A stretch of DNA of 63,844 bases, the filler included, from Octopus bimaculoides (taxonomy: Eukaryota), in NCBI RefSeq assembly GCF_001194135.2. It is 5 parts of 5 records of this genome, joined end to end, with 100 filler letters (N's around TTAATTAATTAA, not from the genome) between each part and the next. Parts side by side here need not be neighbours in the genome. Positions count along the whole stretch, not along the records: positions 1 to 24,751 come from NC_068990.1; 4 more parts are not named here. The stretch is one strand, 5' to 3'. Positions 11,190-22,269 of the stretch are shown in pieces (the stretch's first letter is position 1; the number at the start of each line of letters is the position of its first letter). Made by a program: the position numbers and the translations under genes. The notes below the pieces were generated by a model, which saw only the letters and a list, made by a program, of their open reading frames with translations, did no database searches and was not told where the DNA came from.

Positions 11190-11564
11190 CTCTTTTACTT
11201 GTTCAAGTCATTTGACTGCGGCCATGCTGGAGCACCGCCTTTAATCGAGCAAATCGACCCCAGGACTTATTCTTTGTAAGCCTAGTACTTATTCTATCGG
11301 TCTTTTTTGCCGAACCACTAAGTTACGGGGACGTAAACACACGAGCATCGGTTGTCAAGCGATGTTGGGGGGGACAAACACAGATTCACAAACACACACA
11401 TATATATACATATACATCTATACGACGAGTTTCTTTCAGTTTCCGTCTACCAAATCCACTCACAAGGCTTTGGTCGGCCCAAGGCTATAGCAGAAGACAC
11501 TTGCCCAAGGTGCCACGCAGTGGGACTGAACCCGGAACCATGTGGTTGGTAAGCAAGCTACTTT
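11190..11564 (-). mobile_element. CORE-like tRNA SINE, near full length (head displaced to 12042-12074)
   Basis: Complete family body and tail, CpG-rich. The first ~33 nt of the head lie beyond a 477-bp insert. Confidence 0.85.
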
Positions 11565-12041
11565 ATTTCATTTAGATTGGCCATTTAGGCTTTACAAAGA
11601 GGAGACAAACAAGAACAGACAGACATAAAGTAGCTGCGGGCTGGACACAGACATTGATGAGATGAAGGTGATAACAAAAGTATGAAATAAGAATGGGAGG
11701 GGCACCAGCACCCACCGACCGATAACTTCTTGAAAACATTGCTCAATAAGTTCAATAATAAACAATTAATATGAATATTAAACACAATTAATATTACTAG
11801 GTTCAATTCAATCCACTTCATCGGTGCCCCAAGCAAGTTGGCTTGCCGCTTGCGGACAACTCTGTACCGACAAGTCGGAATGACCTTTGACAAAAACTCA
11901 TATTGTACGACCTCTGCAACCCCACCCCCGTCTCCTGTGCTGCTTGCCCATTTTTTGGTGAGCAACCATTGTTGCTCACCTTCCTTTTTCCTTTCATGGA
12001 GGCAACTTCCTCCACGACTTCCACTTTCTCATTTTCCTTCT
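11565..12041. other. Unidentified 477-bp insertion inside a SINE, flanked by an 11-bp imperfect duplication
   Basis: gcaagctactt at 11553 and gcaagctattt at 12042; the SINE head cacacagccactcctgcacc resumes immediately after. Confidence 0.55.
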
Positions 12042-12504
12042 GCAAGCTATTTCCCACACAGCCACTCCTGCACCTTCAGATGAATGTATTTACTCAGAGA
12101 AAATATATTTAGAGAAAGTTGAATTGCATAAAGGATTGGAACATTAGTGGTTAAACACATAATTTATGACTGGTTGTTTGTGTTTTCAACTTGAAAAATG
12201 AGAATAAATAATATAAGGATTAATATAGGGAATATCAACAGAATGATTTAAACAGAACAACTAAACCCAATGTAAATCAAATTTGGAATAGACATAAAGA
12301 GGTAAGGACAATTTTTCTCTTTTTAAGACTTAACATTGATATGAAGATTGCACTGATTAATCAAATCGATATGGCATCCAATAATCACACTGTGGTTGAT
12401 ATACAATTACACTGATAGAGAATATTGTCCTAAAAAATATTTTCCAATTATTCTTTGTTGTATTTGTTAAACATATTTTAAGAAATAGAAAGCAAAATAC
12501 AGTA

Positions 12505-12690
12505 ATTTGTGGGAAGGAGTAAATCAATTACATCGATCCCAGTGCTCAACTGGTACTTATTTTATCGGCCTGGAAAGGATGAGAGCTAATGTTGAACTTG
12601 GTGGAATTTGAATTCAGAATGCAAAGACAGATGAAATGCAGCTAAGCACTTTGCCCAACATGCTAACAATTCTGTCAGCTTGCCACCTTA
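12505..12690 (-). mobile_element. tRNA SINE with gaggtcgac..ctttcatcc..agtaccag-type body
   Basis: acatcgatcccagtgctcaactggtactt..gaaaggatga..gaatttgaattcagaa..tgctaacaattctgtcagcttgccacc; family also at 37838, 38065, 41080 and 45322. Confidence 0.75.
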
Positions 12691-12844
12691 TACAGTATTA
12701 CTATAGTGAAACAAAGTGTCAATGAACATACAAGTTTAACACATTCATTACAGTTACTTCAATTAACATACTGTTATTTTGTTTAAAAGACTTTGTTTCA
12801 ATGCTCTTATTAATGGTGTGTGTGTGTGTGTGAGTGTATATATA

Positions 12845-13130
12845 AGCTGCGTGAAAAAGTGCCACACCCTAACAGTTGAGGGAACCCGTGGAAGAGGTAG
12901 GCCCAGGAAGACCTGGGCTGAGGTGGTGAGGCAAGACCTTCGTACATTGGGCCTCACCGAGGCGATGACTACGGACCGAGACCTTTGGAAATGGGCTGTG
13001 CGTGAGAAGACCCGGCAAGCCAAGTAAGATCGTTGCCAGTGCCCCTGGACTGGTTCTTGTGCGGGTGGCACATGAGATGCACCATTTTGAGCGTGGCCGT
13101 TGCCAGTACCGCCTGACTGGCTCCTGTAGG
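12845..13130 (+). mobile_element. RTE LINE ORF C-terminus plus start of tandem-repeat 3'UTR (runs into gap)
   Basis: SCVKKCHTLTVEGTRGRGRPRKTWAEVVRQDLRTLGLTEAMTTDRDLWKWAVREKTRQAK* (stop 13025-13027), followed by 66-bp units. Confidence 0.85.
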
Positions 13131-13466
13131 NNNNNNNNNNNNNNNNNNNNNNNNNNNNNNNNNNNNNNNNNNNNNNNNNNNNNNNNNNNNNNNNNNNNNN
13201 NNNNNNNNNNNNNNNNNNNNNNNNNNNNNNNNNNNNNNNNNNNNNNNNNNNNNNNNNNNNNNNNNNNNNNNNNNNNNNNNNNNNNNNNNNNNNNNNNNNN
13301 NNNNNNNNNNNNNNNNNNNTATATAAAGGTTACGAAAGGTGATGGAGTCAACCAAACCCTAATGATACAGGTAATACCGAGTAAGTGCTGTATACCGACT
13401 AGTTTTGCCCCTGATGTAGTTGCAACATGAGTGGGAAATATAACATGGGTCGTGTATTAGCGTGTG

Positions 13467-13582
13467 TATATATAAAACAGAATGAGATAAAAAGACCAAT
13501 GGAATAAGTAAATTTTTTTTTTCTACATAAAATATAAATTTACTTATTCCATTGGTTTCTTTATCTCATTCTTTTTTATATA
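13467..13582. repeat. Inverted repeat, ~47-bp arms with ~20-bp spacer
   Basis: tatataaaacagaatgagataaaaagaccaatggaataagtaaattt / aaatttacttattccattggtttctttatctcattcttttttatata. Confidence 0.85.
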
Positions 13583-13665
13583 TATATATATAGATAGATA
13601 GATAGGAAGGACAACAAAAGAAAGAAAGAGACCTCGATATTATGTAAATAGAGGAATTTATCTGT

Positions 13666-13829
13666 AAAAATATGTGACACTTATTTGGTAGCCATGATAG
13701 AACTCTGAGTTTCGGATGCCGGGGTGGGGGCCCACGCCAACATCTCTTCAGTTATCTGAAGAGATGCCCCCAACCCAGCATCCGAAACTCAGAGTTTTAT
13801 CATGGCTACCGAATAAGTGTCATATTTTT
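13666..13829. mobile_element. Fold-back element with two back-to-back hammerhead-like motifs (Penelope-like terminal repeat derivative)
   Basis: Arms 13666-13751 and 13756-13829 are inverted about ttat; each carries CTGAAGA-GATG..CATC-C-GAAACTCAGAGT. Confidence 0.65.
13696..13756 (-). ncRNA. Type-I hammerhead-like motif, family 2
   Basis: GAUAA CUGAAGA GAUGUUGG..CCGGCAUC C GAA ACU cag AGU U|CUAUC. One helix I mismatch (the right arm has the perfect partner UUAUC) and one extra C before G12. Confidence 0.45.
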
Positions 13830-14665
13830 ATATATATATATATATATATATTCACATAGTGTATATATATATATACATACAGTAATTTTTTGTATAATTA
13901 GATATTGTTAATATAACAATACATAAAAACGGGCTAGAGTTGAAGTGCTCAGCATGAGCTAGAATTCAAATCATGGTAAGAATGGATACATAAGGGAATG
14001 TATCATAGCTCTTTTTACCTCGAATGTAAAATTACGCATATGTATATATAAAAAGAATATATAGTAATATCTAATTAGCATGATGTAATGTATTAGGCCC
14101 ATTTGATTTTACATGTATGTTAACATATTGTATTATGTCAGTGTAACCTTTTTGTATTTTTATTATTTTTTCCTCTCTTTCTGTAACAATGAACATCCTG
14201 ATGAAGGGAGTGTCCAATTTCAAATATGAGAACTACACCATATTAATAGACACATCTCAGAACTGGTCTGTAGATGAAAACTTTTAGCATTACCTATGTA
14301 TTGTACGGTTTTTTTGATATAGTATATATACATATCCTTTTCTAATGTACATGTTTTTAATATAATACATATAAATTTGTAATATCATATCATATCTTAT
14401 ACTATATCGTATGTATTTACCCATTATATGTTAAATCATACTGTTCGTTTATATATCGTAATGTATTGTCTTAAATTGTTAAATATTTTTATACAACTTG
14501 GAAACTATGCATGTTTATAAATATTTTAAAATAAATATTTTAAACATTCATGATATTTCTGAAGTTTATATCATTGTATATGCCTGTATACTTTATTTTA
14601 CCTTACTTTTTAGACATTTTAGAAACTTAAAACTATATATTTATTGATTCTGGAATGATTTGAAC

Positions 14666-14698
<33 letters not shown>

Positions 14699-14794
14699 TA
14701 CACACATATATATTAAATCTTGCGTTGGATATACGGTATTGTTCCTGTGGTCTTCCACCCTTATGTATCCATTCTTATCATAATTTATATATAC

Positions 14795-14825
<31 letters not shown>

Positions 14826-14836
14826 CATACATACAT

Positions 14837-14923
<87 letters not shown>

Positions 14924-14934
14924 CATACATACAC

Positions 14935-15530
14935 TTGACCTGGCAAGTAAAGTAAGATTGTAGCCATGTCCAATGCCAGTGTTGCATTACTGGCCCATTT
15001 AGAAATACCCTTGAAGCGTTGAGTGATATGATGTGCTTGAGAAGACCTATTGAGTCCAGTGAAATTGTAGTTGTGGCCTGTGCCACCTGACTAGCACCCT
15101 TACTGGTGATATATGATAAGCACTGTTTGAGTGTGGGTTGATGCTAGTGGCTCCCAAGCACCATATGAATGTGGTCGATGCCAGTGCCTCCTGACTGCCT
15201 CCTGTGCTGGTGGCACATAAAAAGCACCATCCGATTGTGGTTGATGTCAGTGCCCTCTGATTGGCTTCCATTCTGGCGGCACTTAAAAAGCACCATATGA
15301 ATTTGGTTGTTGCTTGTGGCGCCTGACTGGCTCCCATGCCGGTGGCACATAAGAATCACCCACTACACTCTCGAAGTGGTTGGCATTAGGAAGAGCATCC
15401 AGCTGCAGAAACATTGCCAGATCAGATTGGAGCCTGGTGTAGCCCACTGACTTGTCAGACCTCAGTCAAACCGTCCAACCCAACCTATGCCAGCATGGAA
15501 AGCAGACATTGAATAATGATGATAATGATA
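14935..15530 (+). mobile_element. RTE-related 3'UTR with three 66-bp tandem units and (GAT)n tail
   Basis: Units start at 15171, 15237 and 15303; terminal gccagcatggaaagcagacatt..gatgat. Confidence 0.75.
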
Positions 15531-15811
15531 TATATGTATTATATATATATAAAAAAAACATCAATATATATGTGTGTTAACTCCCTTTAGGTAAATATTT
15601 ATACTGATATATAATTATACAGATATAATTATAGCAACAAGGTATGGATAGGCACACTAACATGCTTGAAATAGATGCGAATAGCTCTATAAACAGGCAA
15701 TTAAGGTCTGAATAGATTCTGTAAAACTAAGCGCTTTATGGATGAGAAACCCTGCATTACCCCACAGACTGGCCATTTTTATCTAATTATATATATATAT
15801 TTTATCTTTCC

Positions 15812-15988
15812 TTTTATCTTTTACTTGTCTCAGTCGTTAGACCACAGTCATGTTGGGGCACCAGGTTGAATTTTTAATTGAATGAATTGGCCCCAGGTCT
15901 TCTTTCTATTGGTACTTATTGTATCTGTGTCTTTTGCTGAACTGCTAGGTTGTAGGGACATAAACACACCAACGCTGGTTGTCAAGCC
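15812..15988 (-). mobile_element. CORE-like SINE, 3' half (diverged)
   Basis: tcttttacttgtctcagtc..tacttattgtatc..gctgaactgctaggttgtagggacataaacacacc. Confidence 0.7.
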
Positions 15989-16009
15989 TATATATATATG
16001 CATATATAA

Positions 16010-16045
<36 letters not shown>

Positions 16046-16193
16046 CATATATACATATACATATATATACATACATATATATATATACATACANNNNNNN
16101 NNNNNNNNNNNNNNNNNNNNNNNNNNNNNNNNNNNNNNNNNNNNNNNNNNNNNNNNNNNNNNNNNNNNNNNNNNNNNNNNNNNNNNNNNNNNN

Positions 16194-16233
<40 letters not shown>

Positions 16234-16764
16234 CTGACATACATTCATACATGTATAGACACAGACATGCATGCAAGTATTCATACACACACATGTGCAT
16301 AGTTATACATCCACATACATACACATTTAAATATGTATCTTCATATACTGACAATTAATTACGTGTATACATGTATGCATACATCTCTATAAATATGAGG
16401 AAAGCGTAAGTATTTTATTTAGTTGTATGTAAAAATTATTGCAATGGGGGAGAGAGAGTTATTTGAGTGAAAATAAATTATAAGAATGCAAAAGCTTTGC
16501 ATATAAATAGAGACATGCGGACACACACAAACACACATAAATATGCATATACTAGTACACTCACATACACAATTATGCATGCTCAATTTTGTTTAGTTGT
16601 ATTTGACAAAAATATATCAGGAGGGGAGAGAATCATGTAAGTTTATGAATAATTTTGAAGAATATAGGTGTTTGTATAGAAAAATTATATAAACAAATAA
16701 GTAAATAGGCACATATTAACTTAAATTGAATATACATATATATATATATATATATCATCATCAT

Positions 16765-16799
<35 letters not shown>

Positions 16800-17302
16800 A
16801 GTATAAATAAACAATTAAATAAATACATAGGTACACATTGATTTAAATAGTATATACATATGTATATGTCCATACACATGTACATATATTCACACACATA
16901 CACATTCATATATATACCTATACATATACATGCACACATATATACATACATATAGATAAATTTGTATATTTATAATTACATTTATTTTATTTGAAAATAA
17001 GCTATATATTTTTATATATATACCTATTATTTTCACTCCATGAAAATACTATATTTTGAACCAGTATTTCCTTGGATGAAACCATCCCTTCATGAGGTTA
17101 ACACAACCTCTAATATATATATATATATGTGTGTAACTTTCATATATACACATAAACATGCCCGCACACACACACACAGAATGATATGAATATGAAATAT
17201 TCTTTTTAAAATATAAATAAAATTAAAATATATAAACAATATCCAGGGGATATAATAGGTATTACATATATGTATGAATATAGAAATATAAAAGAAAAAC
17301 AA

Positions 17303-17690
17303 TATGACGGCTACCTGAACGAAACTGGAAGTTTGCAATATTATTTTATTCACTTAGATTTACATGTCTACACTTTTATTACCTTCAAACTATTCTCCAT
17401 TTGAAGCAATGCATCAGTCCAGACACATTTTTCACTTTTCAAAGCAGTTCTGCAACTCTTGTGAAGTGATGCTTTTTAACACCTCCATTTCCTTTATTTT
17501 TATTTTTTTCACCACCTCCACATCTGCAGAACATTTTCCATCTAGGATTTTTTCATTTGGGGTAACAAAAAGTGATTGCTGGAAGATCGGGTGAATAGGG
17601 AAGATGGGTAAGCAGGGTCTTGTCATCTTTTGTCAACAACTCATACTCTCCCATATTCCCAATGAAGCAATTGCTCTAAAAAATATAATA
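17303..17690 (-). mobile_element. Mariner transposase 3' fragment
   Basis: Minus strand LPIFPIHPIFQQSLF..KILDGKCSADVEVVKK..ITSQELQNCFEK*KMCLD*CIASNGEYFEG is a degenerate HPPYSPDLAP..D..CIASNGEYFEG mariner C-terminus; runs into a gap. Confidence 0.75.
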
Positions 17691-18460
17691 ATTNNNNNNN
17701 NNNNNNNNNNNNNNNNNNNNNNNNNNNNNNNNNNNNNNNNNNNNNNNNNNNNNNNNNNNNNNNNNNNNNNNNNNNNNNNNNNNNNNNNNNNNNNNNNNNN
17801 NNNNNNNNNNNNNNNNNNNNNNNNNNNNNNNNNNNNNNNNNNNNNNNNNNNNNNNNNNNNNNNNNNNNNNNNNNNNNNNNNNNNNNNNNNNNNNNNNNNN
17901 NNNNNNNNNNNNNNNNNNNNNNNNNNNNNNNNNNNNNNNNNNNNNNNNNNNNNNNNNNNNNNNNNNNNNNNNNNNNNNNNNNNNNNNNNNNNNNNNNNNN
18001 NNNNNNNNNNNNNNNNNNNNNNNNNNNNNNNNNNNNNNNNNNNNNNNNNNNNNNNNNNNNNNNNNNNNNNNNNNNNNNNNNNNNNNNNNNNNNNNNNNNN
18101 NNNNNNNNNNNNNNNNNNNNNNNNNNNNNNNNNNNNNNNNNNNNNNNNNNNNNNNNNNNNNNNNNNNNNNNNNNNNNNNNNNNNNNNNNNNNNNNNNNNN
18201 NNNNNNNNNNNNNNNNNNNNNNNNNNNNNNNNNNNNNNNNNNNNNNNNNNNNNNNATGCATGAATGGGTAGGACAGTTGACAGGAGCTGTTCAGGAAGAA
18301 AAACTAGCAAAGGTGAGGTTAGATTTCAGCACTCCTTGTATGTATACACACATATACATACATGCACGCACACGCACGCACTTATGCACACACACACAGA
18401 ATGATATGAATATGAAATATTCTTTTTTAAATATAAATAAAATTAAAATATATAAGCAAT

Positions 18461-18525
<65 letters not shown>

Positions 18526-18544
18526 GAGAGAGAGGATATGCAAT

Positions 18545-18960
18545 TCCATGTGTATGAGCCTGGTGAACTTCAGTCTAAGATGAGTGAAGATCAGGAGAAG
18601 TATGAGGTTAGATTTGGCATGATTTTCGCAGCTGAATGCCCTTCCAAATATCAACCACATTACAGTGTGGACTGTATTCTGTTAACATGGCACCAGTAGT
18701 AGCAGGGTAACCAAGTAGCTCGCAAGAGAAAGAATTATGAGAGGGGCAGGGGCATTTAAGGAGGGGATCTTGCATCAGAGGATGAAAGGTTAGAATGTGA
18801 TAAAGAGACACAAGGGACAGAAGCAGGTGTCCTGCCACAACACAGGAGGCATTAGATGAGGTGATCCAGTATCAAATGATGAAAGGTTAGCGTGTAACAG
18901 AGAAATAGAGAGGCAGAAATAGGTGTTTTGCTATAGAGGAGGTACATGGTTAACTATTGA
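18545..18960 (-). mobile_element. Diverged RTE-related tail element
   Basis: gcagctgaatgcccttccaaatatcaaccacattacagtgtgg is the reverse complement of the 1-241 tail core. Confidence 0.55.
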
Positions 18961-19077
18961 GATGGAAATATTTCAATATATATGTGGTTATAACAAGTTA
19001 ACTACTAAGTTAGAAGGATAGATATGCACACATACATATATGGATACATATATATATATGTGTGTGTGTGTGTGTGC

Positions 19078-19323
19078 ATGAGGGGGTGTTGAATAGAACT
19101 TCAATTTGGATAATAGAAACTCCAGGAGGATTAGTTAATTCTTAGTTAATTAGTTATATTAGTTAATTAGTTATATTCAACATATTCCCCTCTCGGATTC
19201 ACACAATTATTGCAGCAGTCCTTCAGTTTTCCTAAGCCCTGTAAAAGGACTCAGAAGGTTTGGCCTCCAGCCAGATCTCTTACAATATCTTTAGAGCCAA
19301 GAACGTTTCAGCACCTCCTTGTA
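19078..19323 (-). mobile_element. Internally deleted mariner (MITE-like)
   Basis: Termini atgagggggtgttgaa / tttcagcacctccttgta are imperfect inverted repeats; minus-strand remnant WLEA..KLKDCCNNCVNPRGEYVEY. Confidence 0.7.
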
Positions 19324-19329
19324 TGTATA

Positions 19330-19369
<40 letters not shown>

Positions 19370-19527
19370 ACACACATATACTTATATATGTGTGTGCATG
19401 TGCACGTGTGTGTGCATGCATAAGTGAAAAAATATCTATGTGTGATGATATATTGTGTGCATATGATGATATATATGTGTATACCTGTAAATGTATGTAA
19501 CTAATTGTGTATGTCCCTTTGTGTGTG

Positions 19528-19561
<34 letters not shown>

Positions 19562-20205
19562 AAAGGCAGGATGTGTGTGTTGTACGTGAATGTAATTTAT
19601 GCATGTCCACAAATTAGCACGCATGTCTCTCCAATCTTAGGAGGACATTCATCATGACCCTATCTGCATTTTCGTCAACTTCTTCTCTCAGAGGCACCTG
19701 CGTATAGCTGTAAAAATCGATTTTCAACCATGACTTTTACCAATTTTGAAGTTTGCTAACATGGCGAAGTCAAAGTGTATGTATTCGTGTGAAGGAGAGA
19801 GAGAAATTGTGGTGAAATATGTGTGTGTGTGAGTGTGTGTGTGAGTGGGCGAGTGAGGGAGAGATACAGATTGTTTGCCAGTGTCTAACAAAAAAAAGTA
19901 AAGAAAAAGTGGGAGAGAGAGACAGAAAGCGTCTAAGGAAAGAAAAAGTGAGAGAGGGGAGTAAGGAAGACAGTGTGTCAGCATTCATGAAAAAGGAAAA
20001 TGTAAAATGCTTTTTTTTTTCTTAAGCATGAGATATAGTTTCAAATATAGGATGTTTTTGAAAGACACTATATTTTATAATGAGATTATATATATACTGT
20101 CTCACACAACAATTAAAATATATTTATTTTAAAACATTTATTTATTTTAAATCGTCCATCTTTCTTCCCCCTCTCACTCTCACACACATACACACATGCG
20201 CGCGC

Positions 20206-20243
<38 letters not shown>

Positions 20244-20468
20244 CTTTGGGAGCGAAAGAGTTTTGTTTATATTTCACGCTGAAGAAAAAGTTTATTGACA
20301 ATCCATTTATTTAACAACAATGAAACAAAGTGGTATGTAACAATTTGTCAGTGAATTACACAATATAAATAGGTAAAATTTCCAAGGCTTCCACCACACC
20401 CCAATCCGTTTTTCGGACCACAAAAAGGGTTTGGTAATTTTTCAGATTAACACCCGCACGATTTCCAC

Positions 20469-20543
20469 TAGGGTATTAGGGTTAGGGTTTTAGGGTCAAG
20501 GTTAGGATTTAAGGGTTAGGATTAGGGTTTAGGGTTAGAGTTA
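20469..20543 (+). repeat. Degenerate (TTAGGG)n interstitial telomere-like tract
   Basis: tagggtattagggttagggttttagggtcaaggttaggatttaagggttaggattagggtttagggttagagtt. Confidence 0.85.
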
Positions 20544-20564
20544 ACCTGGAAGGGTCAGGCCCCT

Positions 20565-21253
20565 TATTTTGATGGGAAAGAATGGTACTGGAAACACTGT
20601 AAAAAAAGAAATCTGTTCGTTACAGTTCATTCTTTGAAAGGAGCCATATTCCACTCTACAATCTGGTGTTGCTTATCTACTGCTGGTGCAAAGATATAAT
20701 GCAAAAACACATTGTAGATGAGTGTTCTCTTAGCCACACTAGCGTGGTAGATTGGAGCAATTTCTGCTGCAAAGTGTGTGATGAATGGCTTTGGCAAAAC
20801 CCCGTGGAAATTGGCGGTGTTGACAATAATGGACAGCCACTGGTGGTGGAAATAGATGAAAGCAAGTTCTTTCATCGAAAGTACCACCGTAGGCTGTGGA
20901 TACCTGGTCACTGGGTTTTTGGAGGTGTTGAAAGAGACTCAGGGAAGTGTTTTCTTGTAGAAGTGCCCGACTGAATAGAGCGGACACTGTTGGAATTGAT
21001 ACAGCGGTGGATTTTGCCAGGAACCCACATAATCAGTGACAGGTGGGCATCCTATGCCAACATCACAAACTTGGGAGGATGTACATACACCCACGAAGTT
21101 ACTGTGCATGGGGACCACTTTGTAGATCCAAACGACAATGGAATTCATACACATAATATAGAAAACTTGTGGATGAGATTGAAAAGAAAACTTTGGTGGC
21201 AATTTGGGACATCGGATGAATTATTTTCATCTTATCTACATGAATTTCTCTAA
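20565..21253 (+). pseudogene. Merlin / IS1595(ISXO2)-like DDE transposase relic
   Basis: DGKEWYWKHCKK (frameshift) KSVRYSSFFERSH..VVDWSNF..VVEIDESKF..HWVFGGVERDSGKCFLVEVPD*..IISDRWASY..HFVDP..HTHNIENLW. The two track ORFs (20666, 20990) share a frame and are split by one TGA at 20972. Confidence 0.85.
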
Positions 21254-21993
21254 TGCAACTTAAAAAAAAAACAGTCAATGAGTGGAAATAACCAATAAAC
21301 TGATTCCTTATGGGATTTCCCAATCAAATTGCCAGCAAACCATTTTCAGCCAAACCTGAATGACCGGAAGGGAAAGGGTAGAGAAAAAGTTATTTTCAAA
21401 GACAGGAGAGTGCATCTACCTATATCGTTAACAATTATAATGACTCAACAAATATGCTTGTCCTTTTTCTCATCTCCAGATTCAATCCTAGACTTATCTC
21501 TTTACATCCATCACACTACAAAATGAGACACAAATAGTTTAGTGCAGCAGATATTTGACACAATGATACCTACAGCACCTGGGGATATCACCTACAACTC
21601 AAATTTTATTTCTCATCAACATAACACATGAGAAACTAACATCAGAAAAGCAAAGAATAATTTTGTATATCATATAACCTGCCATCTCTCACATCTCCCT
21701 AATATGTATCGTTTCTATAAAACAGGATTTGTTAAATAACCTGTATTTAAAATGTTGAATTATTGAACATAGAAAAACATAAAATCAAAATGCAAGAAAA
21801 AATAGAATGTAAGTTTTACAACTGTGTTTCACAAGACACTCGTTAATAAACACATATGAAAGATATTTTCATTGTTAAACATCAGGATTCGCCAACTGGT
21901 ATTATTAATATCCCTGATTTTTTATTTCTTATTACAGTTTATTGTTTTTTAACATGTTTACCTTGAATATTTTACATTTTCTTTCATTTGCAG

Positions 21994-22065
21994 AACAATG
22001 AAATATAATAATATCACCTTGTTTAATGAGGCTACATTCAAAGGCCTTACAAAGCTAGAGAATTT
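21994..22065 (+). CDS. Internal exon encoding one 24-aa leucine-rich repeat (gene of unknown extent)
   Basis: Acceptor ttttctttcatttgcAG, donor GTAAGT, exactly 72 nt, phase 2 at both ends; translates xTMKYNNITLFNEATFKGLTKLENL, fitting the LRR pattern LxxNxIxxLxxxxFxGLxxLxxL. Confidence 0.75.
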
Positions 22066-22233
22066 GTAAGTTGGATCAAAATTGTTAACATTTCTTTGAT
22101 GGCTATATTTCTAAATATCAAATATTGCCATCTCACACTCTTTATCTGATTCACTCCCAACCTGTCTGCCTGCCTGCTTATCTGTTTGTCAGTCTGTCTT
22201 TCTCTGTCTGTCTATCTGTCTCCCTCTCTGTAT

Positions 22234-22264
<31 letters not shown>

Positions 22265-22269
22265 AGCAT

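Noticed and set aside
18325-18342. Mariner TIR-like tttcagcactccttgta as the far end of the 17303 element
   Set aside because: It matches the 19078-19323 family rather than the 17303 end, and the gap prevents linking them.
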